IMG/VR virus record: IMGVR_UViG_2926558313_000004
Span: 1 to 64,000 of that record
DNA from: a virus
Lineage: Duplodnaviria; Caudoviricetes
Strand: one strand, 5' to 3'
DNA length: 64,000 nt
Shown here: positions 55,501-64,000 of the stretch, one piece after another
How positions within the stretch are numbered: the stretch's first letter is position 1
How the letters are laid out: each line of letters opens with the position of its first letter
The notes under the pieces: generated by a model
What the model was told of the DNA's origin: nothing
What the model saw: the letters and a program-made list of their open reading frames with translations, nothing else
Database searches by the model: none
Program-made: the position numbers and the translations under genes

Positions 55501-58500
55501 AGTTAGCCCTTTATTCAAATTAACGCCCTCTAAATTCATCTTTTTTGTATATGTAAATCCTTCTTCTAAGTCTGCTTCTACGCATTCTTTATATTTCAAT
55601 CCTCTATAGCTTTCATCATTAAACGGTATCTTATATAAATAACCCTCTACAAAATCATAAGCTCGTTCCTCAGTTTTAAATGACTCTACTGGCATGGATG
55701 AGAACTCCATATAGACATCATAATATCCATGTGCCTCTACAACCTTAGTATTATTAATATTAGCAATTTGCTCTCCTTTCATTATTATCACCTCTCCGAA
55801 TAAGTCTTTTCTTCTTTCTTGAATTAGCCACTTTTACGAAGTGGTCAATTTCATTTTGATCATTTGCTTCAATAGCATTATTATATAATTCAATTTGTTT
55901 ATCTGTTAAATATTCGACCACTTCTTCACTCATATTTATCACCTAATTATTTTATATTTGTTTATTCATCCGCACACTCGAAATGATTTTCTTGCTTCAG
56001 CTACTTCCATCATACGCATTAAGACATCTACAAAATCACTATCTGACCTTGAATGATCTTCATAAGCCATAGCAAGTTCTAACTGCTCTTTTGGTGTCAA
56101 ATAAAACATTAATCCGTTAAACTTTTCATAAGTTTCAATATATTCATTATACGCATCGATTTCAATTTTCATCTCATCAACACTCATCTTCTCTCCCCCT
56201 TGCAATTTATTTCCTTAAGTTAATAATAACATGGTTTCCACATCCTAACAATAAAAATCTTAACATAATTTAATTTATTTTATTTACAAAATTCCAGTTC
56301 GAATTTTCGTTCGCTGTTATACGGTTTCGCGCTGTCTAATATCATTCAAAATTTCGTCTTTAGATCTTCTTACTCCAATTTCATTTATAACTTGAATTCC
56401 CAGAGAAGTAAAAACTTCTTCGAGAATAGGGAAGTCAACTTCATCATACGAAAACTTTCCATCGGTCGATGCATTTTGAATGTTGCTTAATAAACGTTTC
56501 AATAAATCATCCTTACTAATTCGACCGTCAACCATCCAAGCACTATAGAAGATATTACCAATAAATTTTCTTAATTTTATTTCTTCCATAAGCTTCAAAT
56601 CGATCATTTTTTGATAAATATCAACTACCATACTCAGGATATTATATTTATCAATATGATTTACTGGAATGTCATATAATTCAGAAGCAAAATACTTTAA
56701 GTCTTGATCATAGTTAATTCGTCCGAAGTGTCCTTTGGTGTATAATATAAGCTGCTTTTCAAAATGATTAAGTTCTGTTTTCATGTTACACCACCCTTTA
56801 ACTATATTTATTTTTAATTTCTACCATAACTAACATTGCATAGGTGAAATAGGATTTATCACCGAACATTTTATACAGCGTCATATAATCATTATATTTA
56901 TCAAGAAGATCATCAATGCAGTGATTGTTAGATAGTTCAAGTTTAATTATCATATCAGCATTCACCAGCCTCATAATTTTATTAATTTGCTCCTGAGAAA
57001 AAGCTTCTGGTTTATTATAGTTATTCATTTTTAAGCTCCTATCTGCCTTCTTAAAATCAGCATTTTATTAAGTTTCATAGTCTCCACCTAAAATTTCATC
57101 TTTGGTGAATATAGGCAAAATCCATAGCAACCAATATGTAGTACTTTTTCTTTTCTGTTTTCCATAATATCCAACCTTTTTAAAATAATATTTTTCAGTC
57201 TTTCTTATCATGTTATCAACTCCTTTAAAGTTTTTTAATGCCAATAAATTCATCTGGATAAATATATTCACTTAAATATCTTTCTTTATCCCATACATCC
57301 AATCTGTCATAACCCAGCCCTTCATTCTCTACTTCTCTAACTTCCACTATGTCACCGTTAGACCATAGCATCTCTCCCTGTCTAATTGCATTCACATTAA
57401 TAATTTTTATTTTTTCTCCTTTTTTGAAATTAGTAATTAACATTTTTGTCATCCCCATTATTAAATTTAATTGAAATTACATTTTTATTTAAAGCTGTTC
57501 AATAAGTTAACTTTTCTTTCCGCTTCTTCACTGCTCGCATAGCTATAAGGAGAATGACCACTTTCAGTATGATAGATATGATAGGCTCCGGTTTCATCTT
57601 CAAACTCATAATACCATTCTCCAATTTTCAATTGCTCTTCTGTTAATTTCATTAGATCTCCTCCTCTAAAATCCCTATTTTATGTAGCTGCTGTTATTCA
57701 ATCTCACTTACTGATTCAGTCCAAAAACAAGACCCTGTATTGTTGAAATAAATGTCAACCTTTTCATTCTTAAAGAATTGTATTAGTAAATCATAAAAAT
57801 CTGTCGTTGGGTTAATAATCTGGTCTTCCATATTCAAATATCTATCTTTAACCAACTTAATATCTACACTACTATGATTGGGGATCAGTCTTATACTACT
57901 TCCTGACTGTTCCATTAAATTGTTAAATTCATTAATCATTTCTTTTGAAATAACGCTCATCATTATTCCCTCCTGTTTTATCCAATCATTTTGATTATAC
58001 TATGTCTTGAATATGTTCACATCGATAATTTCAGCAATAGTATGTAGCTGCTGTTATACACTTAATGATCGAACTATTCATTAACCTTTTTAAACCTTCC
58101 ATTAATGTACATTTCTTCTCTTACATATCTTCTTGCTGATTGATACGAGGGAAACCAAAGGGCGTTTGTTGTTGAATCACTCCAATGGTTAGTGCAGATT
58201 GTAAAAAAGTCTTTTCTTACTTCTGTTATCGTGACAGTTTCTCTATCAGTTTCAATTCTCCATTTATTCAATTTTTACACCCTTTCTTAATGAACATAAT
58301 CACTCTTATGTTCAATTACTATAAAATGATTCTTTTAATTAAATTGCTCAGACTTCTTTTTAACTGTTAAAATAAACTCTCCTGCAACTCCTTGCTCGTA
58401 AAAATAATTTTCAAAATCATCTAAGGTGTCAATTAATGTCATAATCATATGTTGTTCAGGCAACATTTCTATTTCAAATTTTACATGTCCTTCATCATTC

Positions 58501-58820
58501 ATTTCAATATAATATACACTTCCCGAAGCTTTATAATGCATCATGGTATATTCTACTTCAGGAAAACGTTGCTCGATAATGTCTTTTGTTCTAAAATCAA
58601 AAGTATGAATACAAGCAACCATTGCTTGCTCTAAAATGTCATTAAAAGTGACTTTTTCTTTATCTATTTCCAAGAATCCTATTACATCTGCAACTTGTTC
58701 ATAAACCCCATCACTTAGATTATAGATGTAGTTTTCCTCAAAATTATTTCTAGCATATTTTTGAATCATTTCTTCACGGCTCATTAGTTTATTCATTAAT
58801 ACCCCTCCTGATTTTAGATG

Positions 58821-59057
58821 CTATTCACCCGAAAACCAATCGTCTTCATCAACTATTTTAAAAACTCTGTCTACATCTGTTATTTCTAATGCCGTGATTA
58901 TTGTATTGAGCGTATCTATCTTGATTGTCGTTCTTTTCATGTTCACAAGCTCACTAATCTTGGGCTGCGTAATGCCTGTTAACTGACTTAGTTGAGCTTG
59001 TGTCATGTTTTTCTCATAAAGTATTTCTTTGAGGCGCAATTTAACTTTTAAGTTCAA
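58821..59057 (-). CDS. XRE/Cro-like HTH regulator
   Basis: MTQAQLSQLTGITQPKISEL. Confidence 0.88.
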   Translation of the reverse strand: MNLKVKLRLKEILYEKNMTQAQLSQLTGITQPKISELVNMKRTTIKIDTLNTIITALEITDVDRVFKIVDEDDWFSGE

Positions 59058-59931
59058 TAATTGTCACTCCCCTTCGAAATATCTCTTAGCTGCTTCGAAA
59101 AAGAATTTTTCTGGCAGGGCATATAAAGGAAAGTCAAATCCTTGTAAATTATATTGCTCATGAATTTTTCTAGTTAAGCCGTCGTTTAAAATTCCGGTCT
59201 TTTTCCATTCCACTAATTCGTCGTAAGCCGCTTTTAGTTGCTTGTCTGTTAATGCTGCAATAAACTCCTCTAAATGTTTCATTATTATAATTCCTCCTTA
59301 AATTCCAGCGATTAAAAGACTTCGCTGTTATATGATTAATCATTAAGGTAGTCTGTATCCAATTCAGCATAGCAAGGGTTGACATCTTCTATATTTTTTC
59401 CTTCCGGTACTTTCCAGCATATAAAAGCCGGATGTCCGTCGATTGTTTCTGCTTTTGCTACATGTGTGAAACCTCTTGGACTGCTTATTTTGATTGGCTT
59501 ATCAGTCATTATATATTCATCTTCTGCAATTGTATAAACTTCCATATTAAATCCCTCCCCTTTTGAGTTATATTATACCATTGTTGGAATAGAGGGCAAT
59601 TGAAGAAAACATATTTTAGTTTTTTCTCAATGACCTACTTTTATATCGAAAAATTTTAGAAAGTCATCCGTTACAAAAATATCATCCTTTGTGATCTCTG
59701 CCTGTATGTCCTTGTTATAACCTTCGGCTGCACTGTAAATAGCGTAAATTTTTGCTTTATCGTATGTGCGCCCATTTAGTTTTACAATTCTTAGAATAGC
59801 CCCATGACAAATCACCAGTCGGTTGAATTCGTCATTACCTTGTATGGATATATCATTTATTTTACCTCCCTCAAAAATTATTGTTGCCGTAGCCCCTGAA
59901 TTTTTATGAGTTAATACTATTATTTTCATTT

Positions 59932-60693
59932 CTAATTCCTCCTTTCTATTATAAACGTAATCTCATGATCGTTTGACAGATCACCTTGTAATACCTCGAT
60001 TAAGTATTGCGGATTACGAATAAACTTTTTAATGAGTGTAACGCTTGTGTATATCATGATGTTTCTATAAATTTTATCGTGGTCACTTACAACATCGTTA
60101 GAGTTGAATGCCCCGCTAAGATCAAAGTAGACATATGCTTCTCTATCTCCTTCTGTGAACGATTCATCACCGTTATTAGATATATCCACCTTTATTTTTG
60201 TTTGGTAGAATAATCCGTGTTTTAATTTTTGGATAATCGTCACGCCCTCTAATAAAGCTTTTTCCAGTTGATCGCTTGTCATCTCAACTGTTTTGTAATC
60301 AATTGTCTTTTTTAGTGACGGGCGCTGCAATCTATCCCATTCTTTTATTAGAGTCTCTTCCAGTTTCCTTTCTTTTTCGGGAGGAGACTCTTTATTATTT
60401 TTTGAGTTTATTTCCATTTCTACATAGTCGAAAATTATATCGACGTGTACATATCCCGCCCAATATGGATCGTAACCTGGATCAATCGACTCTACTGTCC
60501 TAGATTTAAAAAACAGGATCGCTTGCTCGTCACTTTTTAGATTATGACATAGAGACGAAGGGATTACTGTGTAGTGCATGTTGGTATTTTTGTCAAGTAC
60601 TGTGTAATCGGTCAAAATATCTTTCAGATGATAGTCTGATCGAGAAAAATCCTTACCTGTTACCTTTAACATATCTTTGTGTAATTGTTCCAT
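59932..60693 (-). CDS. hypothetical protein
   Basis: 253-aa ORF with RBS. Confidence 0.65.
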   Translation of the reverse strand: MEQLHKDMLKVTGKDFSRSDYHLKDILTDYTVLDKNTNMHYTVIPSSLCHNLKSDEQAILFFKSRTVESIDPGYDPYWAGYVHVDIIFDYVEMEINSKNNKESPPEKERKLEETLIKEWDRLQRPSLKKTIDYKTVEMTSDQLEKALLEGVTIIQKLKHGLFYQTKIKVDISNNGDESFTEGDREAYVYFDLSGAFNSNDVVSDHDKIYRNIMIYTSVTLIKKFIRNPQYLIEVLQGDLSNDHEITFIIERRN

Positions 60694-60803
60694 ATCATCC
60701 TACCTCCATTTATTTTATTTTTATTAATTTCGTTTTTAATCTTTCCAGCAATCCTTCGATCAAGCTGTTATACACTATAACTAGTCGAAGGATTAAGCAA
60801 AAA

Positions 60804-61370
60804 TTAAATATCTAACTCTTTAACTTTGATCGGATTACTTGCGACAACTAACCGCTCACTAAGAGCTACGTCTGTTAAGTCGCCATCTTTTTTATAATCA
60901 AAATCTTTAATTGTAACAGCCGTATACATATCGCACTCAGTAATCAAGTGTGGAGGCAGTGTGCCGACAACGTGCTTGCCTTTAATATCCTCTGCTGTTA
61001 CATTCTCAAAAACGGGCGCTAACCACCAGTCTTTTTTAAGAATATCAATCGTGCCTTTATGACGGCTTGCGATCACTGTTTTATCTGGATTGGAATACTT
61101 AATAAGATCAAGCTTATCTACAACCTCAATTTGATATTTGCGTACTGGTAAATCAGCATCAAAAATCTCTTGAGATGTGTTAAATATTGTGCCTCTCGGC
61201 AGTTGCAGTGCATAAAACTCTGTTACTCCTTGCTCTGCTAAAATAGCAGGTGATAGCGACGATAAAACAACCTCTTCTGTTCCTTGACTGAAATCAGATA
61301 ATCCCTTAATAGCTTCAAATCCACTTGCTACAACCTTTTTTTCTGATAATAATTGTTTAATAGTTTTCAT
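60804..61370 (-). CDS. Csx16-like putative ring nuclease
   Basis: VIASRHKGT...VVGTLPPHL...DGDLT resembles the Csx16 SRHxG / GTLPxHL motifs. Confidence 0.6.
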   Translation of the reverse strand: MKTIKQLLSEKKVVASGFEAIKGLSDFSQGTEEVVLSSLSPAILAEQGVTEFYALQLPRGTIFNTSQEIFDADLPVRKYQIEVVDKLDLIKYSNPDKTVIASRHKGTIDILKKDWWLAPVFENVTAEDIKGKHVVGTLPPHLITECDMYTAVTIKDFDYKKDGDLTDVALSERLVVASNPIKVKELDI

Positions 61371-61744
61371 TTTAAATTCTCCTTTTTTTATATTTTTAAT
61401 TTTATTTTTCCAGTGATTCTCTTAGCTGCCTGTTAATCAACTAAGAGAATCTGACAAGTATGAATTAGATATTCTCTACTCTGATTGGATTATCCCAATC
61501 ACAAGCTTCTGACTCGTCTGAAGTATCAAAATTAATTGTTTCCCAGTAGATCATATATTCCTTATCATTTTCATCGACAGCATGAGCTTTATACTCACTA
61601 CCATCATCTGAAACATATGCATCTTGCAATGTGCGATACTCTTTACCCTCAAATTCTACAATGGTTGAATTTCCGCTATTTAATTCTTCAAACTTTTTCA
61701 TAATGACTTCCTCCTTTTGTTTTTGTTTCCTTATCTTTAACTTA

Positions 61745-61773
61745 ATTTTATACTAAAAGTAGTATAAAGTCAA
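61745..61773 (-). promoter_or_regulatory. sigmaA early promoter
   Basis: TTGACT-N17-TAAAAT. Confidence 0.7.
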
Positions 61774-63364
61774 TAAATTATTATAATTATTTTTATTTTA
61801 TTTATAGGAAATGTGTTTTAATAATGCCTGTTCCAGCCATGTAAAATAATCCTGCTAAAACAATACCTGTCAATATAATAATAGACCAATCAGTTTTATC
61901 TTTATTTTTAATTTGTTTATGTAGCACAATTATCAACCCCATATCATTATTTTAGTTTTATATTGTGAATGAAAAACCTTCCCTCTTACGTTCAGATAAA
62001 ATAGTCATTAATACCGAATCTTTCTTTATAACCCACTACGTTCAGATAATAAAGTCACCTATTTACTTTTTAAAGATCGGAAAGTAACTATGAGATGCGA
62101 ACCCGCAACGTCCAACCTCTAAAACATATCCATTGTTATTTTCCGTTACACAGATCTCCTTATAAGATGAGACATATTCCATTTTCTCTTGTACTTGCTT
62201 AGATATAAAATACAATCCTTTTGAATTCAAATAATTACAAGCGTCCTCTGCTCTTTCAAAATAAAGTTCTCTCCCCCAGTCTTTTTTAAATACGCCAACA
62301 TTCATACCGTTAATTATTTCTCTCATTTTTTACCTCCTGTTATTTAATGATTTAATTATCGCTCATTAAATCAGATATATCAATAGTATCCTCTAAATTC
62401 ATCAACCTGTCAGACATAGCACCCTCTAAATCGTGTTCATTAATCCCAGCTTTGAGTAGTCTTTTTTTTGATTACCTTTTGTTTTTCGAGGGATAATTGA
62501 GATATAAAGATTGTTTTGTTATACTCCATCTATTATAACTCCTTATATAATTAACTTTAAAAGATTGAATTTATCCGAATACAGTATTTATTATTTCCCC
62601 AGTTTTTACATTTAGGAATTTTTCGTTTTTATAATAATCTAAGTAAAACATTTTAATAAAACTTATACCTGTTTCCAAAAGCCCGAAATCATACACCAGA
62701 TTATCCACTTCAATTTTAATCTGATGATTATCTAAGTTGTAATTTATAAGCTTAATGTCTGAAGCCTCTACAAGTTTTTTAATAAACATTTTTATTCCTC
62801 CTTCCAACTTAAAATATTACTTTTATCCTAATTAGTTTTTAGGTGTATTTCTCCATTGTCACTAACCTTCAAAGTTGTAATTCCAACATACTCTAAAACT
62901 TCTACCTCTAACACTTGAAACATTTCTCCATTTGGATTACAAAATTTATCATTTACAATTCTCTCAAAATGTCTAATACTTCCGTTTTTCATTTCAACTT
63001 TAAACCTAACCTTATGTCCCTCAAATTCTTTTTGTCTGTTAACAAATTCATCTATGCTCATTTTCATTTCAATTCCTCCAATTTTTTTCATAAAAGGTTT
63101 ATTTTATTATAGCTTCCTATGCTTCTTGTTCTGTCCGAAAAACTGTAAATTCATTCCTAGTCTACTTTTATCTTTCTTCTTTTTTAAAAAATCTTTTGCA
63201 AGCTCAATTTGAGAAGGCTTTAACGCTTTAATAATTGGACTTTATTCATCTTTGATCGTCCGGCAATTCCTTTTTCCTTCGCTAGTTCATAAAGCTCTTT
63301 CATTGTCATATTAGATAGTTTTTTGTTATTCATTTTTATTTCCTCCCTGTTTATCTTTAATTTT

Positions 63365-63393
63365 ATTTTATATCATTACTAGTATAATGTCAA
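63365..63393 (-). promoter_or_regulatory. sigmaA early promoter
   Basis: TTGACA-N17-TAAAAT; flanks similar to the 61745 promoter. Confidence 0.7.
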
Positions 63394-64000
63394 TATATAA
63401 TTTAATTAATTTTATTAAAATGCCAGTGATAATTTAAAGATGCTGTTATAGAAATGTTAATTACGAACCAATCTAACAAAATTGATCAATTGCTCCTGTG
63501 AATAGTTTTCTCGTTTAAATCTTGGTAAATTAATTTCGTTCAAATCAAATTCTTTCAAGCCTAATTCTTTTAGGCGTCTAAAATAACTTTTCAGGCTAAT
63601 CCATTTTAAAGCTGTTATACTTGTTTCCCATTCGCTAAAACGAACGAGTGAACCGTCTACAATATTATAATTATATTTAAAAATATTTCCCGTGTTCGTA
63701 TTAACTTCTACGACTTCATAGGAACATGAGCCATTGTTGTATTTTCTGAATGCCTTGATATTTTTCATATTAAAAACCTCCAGTATTATTTATACTTTGC
63801 TGTTATAAGCTTATTTGTTCGGCTTCAATATTTAATTCATTCACCCATCTATTATGTGCTTCTATTCCTGCTCCTACGTTACGGCAGCACTGAGGGCGCA
63901 AAGGACATTGCCCGCAATTATTTTTATAGTTCTGTTTGCAAATATCCTTTACTTTTTGTTTTAATTCTTCATACATGCTTAAAACCTCCACCAGTTCGAT

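Larger units (their letters stand above)
1033..63106. repeat. Dispersed 16-bp palindrome TAAAA-N6-TTTTA at accessory-gene junctions
   Basis: Perfect copies start at 1033, 2490, 3578, 4511, 5676, 6075, 19315, 23618, 23908, 28078, 28333, 34925, 35878, 37314, 41221, 50303, 54260, 54563, 54933, 57052, 57667, 58322, 62810, 63091. One-mismatch copies start at 2273, 25148, 26307, 29087, 29818, 33720, 35128, 39218, 41812, 49318, 51394, 51648, 52921, 53984, 57472, 62558. Confidence 0.9.
721..64000 (-). mobile_element. SPbeta-like large temperate phage/prophage region
   Basis: yor-like replication block, yopP-Q-R-S-like module, ligB and C5 MTase; no host housekeeping genes seen. Confidence 0.85.
48716..64000 (-). 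other. Early-region array of small hypothetical ORFs
   Basis: Densely packed minus-strand ORFs with RBSs and multiple sigmaA promoters. Confidence 0.8.
55444..64000 (-). repeat. Junction element TATAACAGC-N15-CTGG
   Basis: Copies at 55444-55471, 56294-56321, 58031-58058 (CTGA), 59305-59332, 60745-60772, 61410-61437 (variant), 63423-63450, 63780-63807; partial at 57681-57697 and 63991-64000. Confidence 0.85.

Noticed and set aside
1333-63112. Most plus-strand ORFs in the track (e.g. 1333-1563, 25454-25975, 42834-43187, 44247-44633)
   Set aside because: Antisense shadows of minus-strand genes, F/L/S/I-rich, with no RBS; only 2332, 26617 and 44711 are retained
55444-64000. CRISPR array interpretation of the repeated elements
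   Set aside because: Copies are separated by whole genes (hundreds to thousands of bp), have variable interiors, and no cas operon is present
1-64000. tRNA or rRNA genes
   Set aside because: No cloverleaf or rRNA-like sequence recognised by eye; tRNAscan-SE would be needed to exclude them

Overview
AT-rich 64-kb segment of a large SPbeta-like Bacillus (pro)phage, with almost all genes on the minus strand. It holds: a partial IS110 transposase; a DNA-modification cluster (C5 methyltransferase, Mom-like acetyltransferase); an SPbeta yor-like replication module (DnaE, PD-(D/E)xK nuclease, primase, helicase, AAA/Sak4-like and SSB-like proteins); NAD- and ATP-dependent ligases; nucleotide and phosphatase genes; an intact IS200/IS605 (tnpA+tnpB); a yopP/yopQ/yopR(MrpR)/yopS-like lysogeny module; and about 100 small accessory ORFs. 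Main discovery: the accessory ORFs are delimited by a recurrent 16-bp palindrome, TAAAA-N6-TTTTA. I located 24 perfect and 16 one-mismatch copies by eye, nearly all at gene junctions, often supplying the upstream stop codon and preceding the next RBS. The only pair with matching spacers (2273-2288 and 2490-2505, inverted) brackets a segment whose inversion splits the methyltransferase. Flipping it back gives an intact in-frame ~439-aa enzyme. This suggests a phage-wide, tyrosine-recombinase-type gene-cassette/inversion system (inference). Also notable: a second junction element (TATAACAGC-N15-CTGG), a Csx16-like ring-nuclease candidate and an orphan VbhA-like antitoxin. All product calls come from recognising motifs by eye, not from database searches.
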